Source of the DNA: an uncultured Myxococcales bacterium
Lineage (GTDB): Bacteria > Myxococcota_A > UBA9042 > PWKZ01 > CAYRCM01
Direction of reading: 5' to 3'
Length of the DNA: 64,000 nt
NCBI GenBank assembly: GCA_964422715.1
Contig: CAYRCM010000010.1
Location: 7,569 to 71,568 of the forward strand
In this document: positions 24,969 to 33,214 of the stretch, in pieces
Position numbering within the stretch: position 1 is the first letter of the stretch
Layout: every line of letters starts with the position of its first letter
Translations under genes and position numbers: made by a program
The notes under the pieces: model-generated
What the model was told of the DNA's origin: nothing
Database searches by the model: none
What the model saw: the letters and a program-made list of their open reading frames with translations, nothing else

Positions 24969-26338
24969 GCGCGGTCACGGTCATCGGCGCGGGGCTCGCC
25001 GGGGCCGAGGCCGCCTGGCAGTTGCTCACGGCCGGCTTCGCGGTGACGCTGGTCGAGATGCGCCCCGGCGTCACCACCCCGGCCCACCGCACCGACCTCT
25101 TCGCCGAACTCGTGTGCAGCAACTCCTTGAAGGGCGTCGAATTGCAGCACGCGCCGGGTCTGCTCAAGGCCGAGATGCGGCGGCTCGACTCCCTCGTCCT
25201 GTGGGCCGCCGACCGCACGGCCGTGCCCGCCGGTGCCGCCCTCGCCGTCGACCGCCGGGCCTTTGCGCGCGCTGTCACAGCGCGGCTTCGGCTGCACCCG
25301 CTGCTCACCGTGCGGCACGCTTGCGTCACCGCCCTGCCCGCGCCCGCGGCCGGCCCCACGGTGCTCGCCACCGGGCCGCTCACGGCCGACGCGCTCGCGG
25401 CCGACCTCGCGCGGCGGGCCGGGGTCGACGCCCTCGCGTTCTACGATGCCATTGCGCCCGTGGTCGCCGCCGACAGTATCGATCGCGGCTTCGCGTTCGC
25501 CGCCGGCCGCCATGCGCAAGACGACGACTACCTCAACTGCCCCCTCAGCGAAGCCGAGTACGACCGCCTCGTCATCGAACTGCGCGGGGCCGCGTGCGCG
25601 CCGCAACGTGCGTTCGAGGAGCCGGCGTATTTCGACGCGTGCATGCCCATCGAGGTCATGGCGACGCGCGGCCGGCTCGTGCCGGCCCACGGGCCCATGC
25701 GGCCGCGCGGCATCGTCGACCCGCGCACGGGCCGCGAGCCGTTCGCCGTCGTGCAACTGCGCCGCGAAGACCGCGCCGGTCGCTCGTACAACCTCGTCGG
25801 GTTCCAGACCCGGCTGAAGTACGCCGAACAGGAACGCGTGCTACGGCTCGTTCCGGGGCTCGCCGCAGCCGAATTCTTGCGCTACGGCTCGGTGCATCGC
25901 AACACCTACATCAACGCCCCGCGCCTCGTCGACGCGGCGCTGCGGCTCACGTGCGCGCCGCACGTACGCGTCGCGGGGCAACTCGCGGGGGTCGAAGGCT
26001 ACGTCGAAAGCGCCGCACTCGGGCTGCTCGTCGGGCGCGCGCTGGCCCGCGAACTCGGCGCGGGCAGCCCGGGCGACCCGCCGCCGCGCACCACGGCGCT
26101 CGGCGCGCTCTGGCGGCACGTCGTCTCGGGCAACCCCGACAACTACCAGCCGAGCCACGTGCACTGGGGGCAGTTGCCCGCGGCTTCCGGACGCACGAAA
26201 GTAGACGAGCGCCGCAACGTCGCGCGGCGCGCCCTGGCCGACCTCGAACGCTGGGTCGAAAGTACCGCCGGGCCCGCCGTCCCTGCACCTGGCCGGCCCG
26301 TTGTGCGAGACGGCGGCGGCGACCCGAAGCCGACCTGA
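24965..26338 (+). CDS. trmFO: methylenetetrahydrofolate--tRNA-(uracil-5)-methyltransferase TrmFO
   Basis: GTG start overlapping the topA stop (GTGA). [34 protein letters not shown] (FAD-binding GxGxxG), [32 protein letters not shown]. The track ORF from 24551 is in the same frame but overlaps topA. Confidence 0.85.
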   Translation: [457 protein letters not shown]

Positions 26339-26372
26339 GGCGGCGGCGGCCCTGCCGCAGAAAGGATGAACG

Positions 26373-27047
26373 ATGAACCGTTGCGCCCCGCACCGACCCG
26401 TCTCGACGCGAGGCCGCGCCGCCCCCGGGGGCGGCAGCGCGTTCGCGCGTCCCGCCCGCGACCTGGCGCAGGCCGGCATTTCCGCGCTCGAGGTCCTCAT
26501 CCTCGCCTCGCTGCTGGCGCTTCTCGCGGCGGTCATCGTGCCATTCGTCGTGCGCCACGAACGCACGACGCGCGCGGCGGAGGCCATGGGGGAGCTTCAG
26601 GCCATCTACGACAAGGCCATGGCCCACTATGCCGCCCCCCACCCCGGGGGGGGTGAACCGTGCGCTGGCCCCGGCGACATCGGCACGACGCCCATCCAGG
26701 GGACCTGTTGCGCCCCGCTCGGGGGCCCCGATGCCGACGGCGACGGTCGCTGCGACAACATCGGCGCCGATTGGGACGGGGGCGTCTGGAAGACGCTCGG
26801 CTACCGGCCGGCCGACCAGCACGCGTTCGTCTACGCCTTCGACAGCGAGCACACCGCCACGACGTGGAGTTTCACCATCACGGCGCGCGGCGACCTCGAT
26901 TGCGACGGCGTCGCCTCGCTCTACCAGCGCACGGTGCGCGGCATCATCCGCCCGCCCGCGCCGAATGCCGGGGAGACCGGCAACTCGGCTTCCCCCTGCG
27001 TCCTCGTGCAGCCCGGCGAATTCGTCGTCGAACGGCCGCTCGAATAG
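26373..27047 (+). CDS. prepilin-type N-terminal cleavage/methylation-domain (type IV pilin-like) protein
   Basis: AQAGISALEVLILASLLALLAAVIVPFVV matches the class III signal (G-[FI]-[ST]-x-[IL]-E then a hydrophobic helix). The Cys-rich C-terminal globular part is (GTCCAPLGGPDADGDGRCDN..DLDCDG). The 35-aa leader before the Gly is unusually long, so the start is uncertain. Confidence 0.5.
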   Translation: MNRCAPHRPVSTRGRAAPGGGSAFARPARDLAQAGISALEVLILASLLALLAAVIVPFVVRHERTTRAAEAMGELQAIYDKAMAHYAAPHPGGGEPCAGPGDIGTTPIQGTCCAPLGGPDADGDGRCDNIGADWDGGVWKTLGYRPADQHAFVYAFDSEHTATTWSFTITARGDLDCDGVASLYQRTVRGIIRPPAPNAGETGNSASPCVLVQPGEFVVERPLE

Positions 27048-27192
27048 CCGGCCCGCCACGGCCCGCCCAAACGCGCGCGAAACGGGAGTGGCTGGGGATC
27101 GGGGCCCGGCGTTTCCTTGACGGTGCCGCTTCAAGGCGCGTACCATCCCGCCAAGATTGGCCTTTCCGGCCGCCACCGGCACGGAGCCCCCC

Positions 27193-28059
27193 ATGGTTGT
27201 CAACATCCTTCCCGACAGCATTCGGCGCATGATGACGCGCGAGACACGCCCCGCCACGGGCGCACACGAAGCCCGGGTGGTGAGCGTGTGCGCCCAGAAA
27301 GGGGGGGTGGGCAAGACCACCACGGCCGTTCATGTGGCCGCGGCGCTGGCTCTCTACCACGGGCGCAAGGTGCTGCTCGTCGACATGGACTCGCAGGGCC
27401 ACGTGCAGGCCAGCCTGCAGCACGAAATCGATCTCCGCAGCAGCGACTCGCTGTCGCAGGTGCTGCTCGGACGACGCCGCGACCTCATGGAAATCGCGCT
27501 GCCGACGCGCATCGCGGGCCTGTGGGTGACGCCGTCCGACAAAGAACTCAACGAAACCGAAAGTTTGCTCTCCAGTCGCATCGGCAAGGAATTCCTGTTG
27601 CGCGGGGTGTTGCGCACGGCGCGCACGCACTTCGACGTCATCCTGCTCGACTGCCCGCCGAACCTCGGCAACCTCACCCTCAACGCGCTGCTCGCGTCCG
27701 ACCAAGTGCTCGTGCCCTGCGACATGTCCATCCTGAGCCTCGAAGGCGTGCGCGACCTCCTCGATGCGCTCGAAACCATTCGCGAACGGCTGGGCCACCC
27801 GCTCGGCATCCTGGGGCTCGTGCGCACGCGGGTCGACCGCCGCAATCGGCGCGTCAACGCCGACATCCAGGGCCGCATGGACCGCGCCTACGGGCCGCTG
27901 CTGCTCGCGACCGAGATTCCGGTCAGCACCGCGCTGTCCCGCGCGCAGCTCGCCGGCGTGCCGGTCTTCCAGGGCGAGCCGCAGTCGAGCGGCGCCACCG
28001 CCTACAGCGCCCTGGCGCGGGAAATCGACCTGCGCCTCGGCCTGCCCGCGAACGCGTGA
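27193..28059 (+). CDS. ParA/MinD-family P-loop ATPase
   Basis: RVVSVCAQKGGVGKTTTAVHVAAALALYHGRKVLLVDMDSQGH (deviant Walker A KGGxxK[ST]) and FDVILLDCPPNLGNLTLNALLASDQVLVP (Walker B). The start could be ATG 27193 or 27229. Confidence 0.8.
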   Translation: MVVNILPDSIRRMMTRETRPATGAHEARVVSVCAQKGGVGKTTTAVHVAAALALYHGRKVLLVDMDSQGHVQASLQHEIDLRSSDSLSQVLLGRRRDLMEIALPTRIAGLWVTPSDKELNETESLLSSRIGKEFLLRGVLRTARTHFDVILLDCPPNLGNLTLNALLASDQVLVPCDMSILSLEGVRDLLDALETIRERLGHPLGILGLVRTRVDRRNRRVNADIQGRMDRAYGPLLLATEIPVSTALSRAQLAGVPVFQGEPQSSGATAYSALAREIDLRLGLPANA

Positions 28060-29003
28060 GCCCGCGGGCCGCCAGCTTCCGGCCGCGCGGCGCCGTGCGG
28101 GCGCTGCTCGGCCTCTGTTCGGTGGCCCTGCTGTCCGCCCCCGCCTGTAGCAAGCCGGCCCGAGCCCCGGCCGCCCCGGTGGCGCCCCCCGCGCGGGAGG
28201 CCCCGACAGCCGCGCCGGCGACGCCCGCTCAGCCGGCCGCTGCGGCCGCGCCCGCCGAGGCCGCCATCCAGGAACAGCTCACGGCGCTCTTCCGTCGCGG
28301 CGGCTGCTCGCGGCTCATGGGCTGCCCGCCAGCCGATGCGCTCGTGCAGTTGGGCCGGCCGGCACTCGCCGCCATCCTCACGGCGTGGCAAACGCACCAA
28401 GACGGCTCCTACGCCACCGAACGGCTCATCGACATCGTGGCCGACATCGGCGGCCCCGAGGCCGAGGCGTTTCTGCAAGAGCGGCTCGCCGACAACCGCC
28501 CTACGCTCGCCACGCGCGCGGCGCTCGGCCTCGGGGCGCTGCGCGCCACCGCGGCGGCGGCACCGTTGCGCCAGAAACTCGCGGCGCTTGCCGGCGGCCC
28601 CGACGTCGGGCAACGCGCGGCGATTGGCTATGCTCTCGCGCAGCTCGGCGATCGCACCGAACTCCGCTGCGTCGCCGAGGCGCTGGGCGCGTCGCAGGCC
28701 GGCTTCGTGCTGGTGGGCCTCGAAATCGCCGCCCGGCTCGGCGAGCCCGCGTGGCTCGACCCCGTGCTCGCCGCCGCCGCTCGCGACAACCTGCTCGTGC
28801 GCCGCCAGGCCATGCAGGCGCTCGGCCGCTACCGCGACCGGCGCGCCGTCGCGGCGCTCATGCGGCATCTCGACGACGCGAGTTCCGGCGTGCGTCGGCT
28901 CGCGGCCAAGGCGCTGGCCGGCTTGCTCGGCGGGCCGGCCGACCCCCGACCGGAGGCCTGGCAGCAGCGCTGCGCGCAGTCGGCCTGGTGCGGCTCGCGC
29001 TGA
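28056..29003 (+). CDS. HEAT-repeat (PBS-lyase-type) secreted/lipo-protein
   Basis: GTG start overlapping the ParA-like stop (GTGA). Signal VRALLGLCSVALLSAPACS, then an Ala/Pro-rich linker and at least four HEAT_2-like repeats (DNRPTLATRAALGLGAL.., GPDVGQRAAIGYALAQLGD.., RDNLLVRRQAMQALGRYRD.., DASSGVRRLAAKALAGLLG). Confidence 0.6.
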   Translation: MSPRAASFRPRGAVRALLGLCSVALLSAPACSKPARAPAAPVAPPAREAPTAAPATPAQPAAAAAPAEAAIQEQLTALFRRGGCSRLMGCPPADALVQLGRPALAAILTAWQTHQDGSYATERLIDIVADIGGPEAEAFLQERLADNRPTLATRAALGLGALRATAAAAPLRQKLAALAGGPDVGQRAAIGYALAQLGDRTELRCVAEALGASQAGFVLVGLEIAARLGEPAWLDPVLAAAARDNLLVRRQAMQALGRYRDRRAVAALMRHLDDASSGVRRLAAKALAGLLGGPADPRPEAWQQRCAQSAWCGSR

Positions 29004-29134
29004 GCGGGGCCCGCAGGCACGCGAGGGACCCCCGAGCCCACCTGGACGCCGCCCGCGATCTTGTGTAGGAGCCCATCCGGACACCCCGTGCGCGATGGGG
29101 CGCGCCCCCCTGGCCGGAGGACTCCCCGAACACC

Positions 29135-30517
29135 ATGGTCACGAATTCGGCGGCGGCGACCATTCACCGCCTCTTCGATCTGCCCCTGCCCGGCCTCACC
29201 CTCGAGGCCGGCGCGCGCGTCCCCTGGCTCGTGGCGCGTGGCACGCTCTGGGGCCCGGCCGACGATGAGGCGGCGCTCGTTCGGCGGGCGCTCGTGCTGC
29301 CCGACGACCTTGGGCAAGCGCGGCCGCCGATCGTCATACGCCGCGACGCGCCGGGGATTGCGCGCCTGCGGGCGGCCGCGGCGCGGCTCGCGACGGCCGT
29401 CCCGAGGCCGGGGCTGACGCCCGCCGTGCCCACGGTGCTCGTCGTGCACGCGCTCACGGGCGACGCACACGCGGGTGGGCCCCGGGGTTTCTGGGGGCCG
29501 CTCATCGGGCCGGGCGCAGTCCTCGATCCGCGCTCCTGCCGCATCCTCTGCTTCAACAACCTCGGCTCGTGCTACGGCACGAGCGGGCCGGCCGACGCCG
29601 ATTTCCCGCGCAAGACCGCCGACCGCTGCGCGCCCGGAGGCGGCTACGCGGGCAAGGGCGCGTTTGCAGTTCCTGCGAGCGAGCTGCCGGCCACGGTGAC
29701 CACCTGGGACCAGGCCCGGCTGCTGCTGCTGGCGCTCGACGCGCTCGGCATCGAACGGGTGGCGCTCGTCGCGGGCGGCTCCATCGGCGGCATGGTGGCG
29801 CTGTGCCTCTGCGCCCTCGACCCGGCGCGGTTCGAGCGGCTCGTCACGTTTGGCGCCGCCACCGAGGCCACGGCCTGGCACATTGGCTGGAACCATGTCG
29901 GACGGCAGATCGTCCTTTGCGATCCGGGATTTCCGCATTCGTCCGAGCGCGGTCTGCAACTCGCGCGCGCCTTGGGCCAGATGACCTACCGGGCCGAACC
30001 CGGCCTGACCCTGCGGCACGGCCGGCGGCCGGCCGGCGCCGGCCCGGCCCTGCCTGCCTCGTGGTCGGGCGCCGCCCCCTACGCCGTGCAGACGTACCTC
30101 GAACACCAAGGCGAAAAACTCTCCGGGCGCTTCGACGTGCGGGCCTACCTCGCGCAGCTCGACGCGCTCGATCACCACGATCTGGCGCGGGTCCCGCCAC
30201 CGCCCGAGCCCGTCGAGCGTTGGCCCGCGGCGCTGCCCGGCGCCGTCTCGCCCGACCCGGCCGGGCCCGGCGCCGGCCTGCCGTGGGGGCTCGGCCGGCT
30301 GCGGGCGAGCACCCTCGCCGTCGGCATCTCGTCCGACCAGCTGTACTTCAAGAGCCACATGCAAGACCTGGCGGCGCGGCTCGGGGCGGCCGGTCGCCAC
30401 GCCGAGTACGACGAACTCGTGAGCCCGCACGGCCACGACGCCTTCCTCATCGAATGGCCCGAGATGCGCCGGCTGCTGGCCCGCGCCCTCGTGCTGCCCG
30501 GCCCGACGGGGCCGTAG
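29135..30517 (+). CDS. metX: homoserine O-acetyltransferase (MetX family alpha/beta hydrolase)
   Basis: VLVVHALTGDAHAGG..GFWGPLIGPG..DPRSCRILCFNNLGSCYGTSGP matches the MetX N-terminus. The nucleophile elbow is VAGGSIGGMVAL, and HGHDAFL sits near the C-terminus. 460 aa with insertions. Confidence 0.75.
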   Translation: MVTNSAAATIHRLFDLPLPGLTLEAGARVPWLVARGTLWGPADDEAALVRRALVLPDDLGQARPPIVIRRDAPGIARLRAAAARLATAVPRPGLTPAVPTVLVVHALTGDAHAGGPRGFWGPLIGPGAVLDPRSCRILCFNNLGSCYGTSGPADADFPRKTADRCAPGGGYAGKGAFAVPASELPATVTTWDQARLLLLALDALGIERVALVAGGSIGGMVALCLCALDPARFERLVTFGAATEATAWHIGWNHVGRQIVLCDPGFPHSSERGLQLARALGQMTYRAEPGLTLRHGRRPAGAGPALPASWSGAAPYAVQTYLEHQGEKLSGRFDVRAYLAQLDALDHHDLARVPPPPEPVERWPAALPGAVSPDPAGPGAGLPWGLGRLRASTLAVGISSDQLYFKSHMQDLAARLGAAGRHAEYDELVSPHGHDAFLIEWPEMRRLLARALVLPGPTGP

Positions 30518-30562
30518 CGCGGACGCGCGCGCCCCGCGCCGCCCGCAGAGCGGAGAAGGCCG

Positions 30563-33091
30563 ATGCCCCCTCCCGTGTGTCGCGTGTTCAAGTTCGGCGG
30601 CTCATCCGTCGGGCGCCCGGAACGGCTCCTGCGCGTGCTCGAGACCGTGGCCGCGGGCCACGCCGCGGGCCCGCTCGCCGTCGTCGTCTCGGCGATGGGC
30701 GACACGACCGACTGGCTCAACGAGGCTGCAACGAGCGCCGCGCGCGGCGCCCAGGCCGAGGCCGAGGCGTGCGTCGACCGCGTGGCCGATCTCGCGATTT
30801 CCAATGCACTCGCGGTGTTGCGCGAAATCCCGCCGCGCGCCGCGCCCGACGCCGCGCTCCCGGCGAGTTCGGCCACGGTGCGCGAGTTGTTGGCGCCTTT
30901 GCGCCAACTGCTCTACGGCGTCACGTTGCTGCGCGAATGCAGCGCCCAGACGCTCGACCTCGTCTACGCGTTCGGCGAACGGCTCAGCGCGCAGATCGTC
31001 ACGCAGCTGCTCACGGCGCGCGGGGTGCCTGCCCTCTTCATCGACGCGCGGCGCTGGGTGGTCACGAACGATGCGTTCGGCGCGGCCCTCGTCGACCGGG
31101 CCGCGAGCGAGCAACGCCTCGCCGCGCTGCTGGCCGAATGTGCCGGCCGGGTGGCGGTGCACACGGGGTTCGTCGGCTGCACCCCTGACGGCCGCACGAC
31201 GACGCTCGGACGCAACGGCTCCGACTACACGGCGACCTTGCTCGGCCGCGCGCTCGGCGCCGCCGAGGTCGTCATCTGGACCGACGTCTCGGGGGTCATG
31301 ACGGCCGACCCGCGGCTCGTGCGCGACGCCTACTCGCTGCGCGGCATGAGCTACATGGAAGCGCTCGAGCTCGCCAACTTCGGCGCCAGCATGTTCCACC
31401 CGCGCACCATGATCCCGGTCATGGAAGCCGGCATCCCGCTGTGCATCCGCAACCTCATGCAGCCCGACGACGCGGGCACGCGCATCGACGGCGGCGGCCA
31501 GCCGGACGAAAGCCGCCCGACCTCGGTCACGTCGCTCGAACGCCAGGCACTCCTCAGCGTGCAGTGGCGCAGCCTCACGAAGCAGACGCACGTCGGGCAG
31601 CGCGTGCTCGCGGCCCTCGACGCGGCCGGGGTCACGGTCTGGATGGCGAGCCAGGCCGCCCACGGGCAGTCGGTGGCGCTCGTCGTGCCTGCGGCCGACG
31701 TGGCCCGCGCGGTCCAGGCTGTAAGCCGTGCCTTCGAATGGGAACTCGCGCGCGGCGACGTCGAGCCCGTGGTCGTGCGCGAACCGGTCACGTTGCTGAC
31801 GCTCGTCGCCGAGGCCATGGGGCGGCGGCCCGGGGTGGCCGGGCGCTTCTTTCAGGCGCTCGGCGCCGTCGGGGTCAACGTCTGGGCGAGCGCCCAGGGC
31901 GCCAGCATGCGCTCCATCTCCTGCGCCGTCGACGCCGCAGACACGCCGGTCGCCGTGCGCACCGTGCATGCCGCGTTCAACCTGGCCCACCAGGAAGTCA
32001 ATGTGGCGCTCTTCGGCAAGGGCACCGTCGGGCGCCACTTCCTGGCACAGGTCGAAGAACAACGGGAAGTGCTGCGCCGCGAACACGACGTGCTGCTCAA
32101 GGTCGTGGCCCTCGTCGACCGGGCCGGCGTGCGCTTCCGCGAGGAAGGCCTCGGACTCGCCGACGTCAGCCCCGAGCGGCCCGTGGCGCTCGCTGCCCCA
32201 CGCGAGGCGGCCGCCCCCGAAGAGGTCGTGGCCCTGCTCGAACGGCTGCGCCGGCTGCCGGTGCCGGTGCTCGTCGACTGCACGGCCGCCGAAGGCATGG
32301 AGCAACTCTACCGCGAGGCCTTCAGCCGCGGCATCCACGTCGTCGCGGCCAACAAGAAGCCGCTCGCCGGGCCGCGCGCCGCCCACGAGGGGCTCATGGC
32401 GCTCGCCCGCCAGCACCACCGCGCCTATCGCTACGAAACCACGGTCGGCGCGAGTCTGCCGGTCATCGAGACCCTGAAGAACCTCGTGCGCACGGGCGAC
32501 CGCGTCCGGCTCATCGAGGGCGCGTTTTCGGGCACGCTCGGCTACCTCGCAAACGAGCTCATGCGCGGGGTGCGACTCGCCGTGGCCGTGCGAACGGCGC
32601 GCGACCTCGGCTACACGGAGCCCAACCCCGCCGACGACCTCTCCGGCCGCGACGTGGCCCGCAAGGGCCTCATCCTCGCGCGCGAATTGGGCCTGGCGCT
32701 CGACTTCGACGACGTGGTCGTCGAGCCCCTCGTGCCCGCCGAACTGCTGTCCGAGAGCGATCCCGAAGCCGTCCTGCGGGCCCTCGAAACCTACGACGAC
32801 CGCATGGCGGCCCAGGTGGCGCGCCTGAGCGCCGCCGGTCAAACGCTGCGCTACCTGGCACGCATCGATCCCGCCCTGCCCACGCGGCCCGTTCGGGTGG
32901 GGCCGGTCGGCGTCCCGGTCGACCATCCCGCCGCGCAGTTGCGCGGGGCCGAGGCGTTCGTGGCCTTCACGACGCAGCGCTACAGCGAGTACCCGCTCAT
33001 CGTCCGAGGCGCGGGCGCCGGCGGCGAAGTGACTGCCGCGGGCGTGCTCGCCGACGTGCTGGGGGTGTCGCAGACCCTGCGCGGTCGCTGA
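30563..33091 (+). CDS. thrA: bifunctional aspartate kinase / homoserine dehydrogenase
   Basis: VFKFGGSSVGRPERL (aspartokinase signature) and ACT-like region VQWRSLTKQTHVGQRVLAALDAAGV. Homoserine-DH half: VALFGKGTVGRHFL (NAD-binding) ... RAYRYETTVGASLPVIETL. 842 aa. Confidence 0.88.
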   Translation: MPPPVCRVFKFGGSSVGRPERLLRVLETVAAGHAAGPLAVVVSAMGDTTDWLNEAATSAARGAQAEAEACVDRVADLAISNALAVLREIPPRAAPDAALPASSATVRELLAPLRQLLYGVTLLRECSAQTLDLVYAFGERLSAQIVTQLLTARGVPALFIDARRWVVTNDAFGAALVDRAASEQRLAALLAECAGRVAVHTGFVGCTPDGRTTTLGRNGSDYTATLLGRALGAAEVVIWTDVSGVMTADPRLVRDAYSLRGMSYMEALELANFGASMFHPRTMIPVMEAGIPLCIRNLMQPDDAGTRIDGGGQPDESRPTSVTSLERQALLSVQWRSLTKQTHVGQRVLAALDAAGVTVWMASQAAHGQSVALVVPAADVARAVQAVSRAFEWELARGDVEPVVVREPVTLLTLVAEAMGRRPGVAGRFFQALGAVGVNVWASAQGASMRSISCAVDAADTPVAVRTVHAAFNLAHQEVNVALFGKGTVGRHFLAQVEEQREVLRREHDVLLKVVALVDRAGVRFREEGLGLADVSPERPVALAAPREAAAPEEVVALLERLRRLPVPVLVDCTAAEGMEQLYREAFSRGIHVVAANKKPLAGPRAAHEGLMALARQHHRAYRYETTVGASLPVIETLKNLVRTGDRVRLIEGAFSGTLGYLANELMRGVRLAVAVRTARDLGYTEPNPADDLSGRDVARKGLILARELGLALDFDDVVVEPLVPAELLSESDPEAVLRALETYDDRMAAQVARLSAAGQTLRYLARIDPALPTRPVRVGPVGVPVDHPAAQLRGAEAFVAFTTQRYSEYPLIVRGAGAGGEVTAAGVLADVLGVSQTLRGR

Positions 33092-33214
33092 TCGCCGCCC
33101 GAGGTCGCCAGCGCTGCATTGCCTTTTGCCACCCGGCGCCGCTACCCTCTGACGAACGCGCGCCGTTCGGGCGCGGGCCGCGTGACGGACACGCGCGCCT
33201 CTCTTTCCGGAAAG

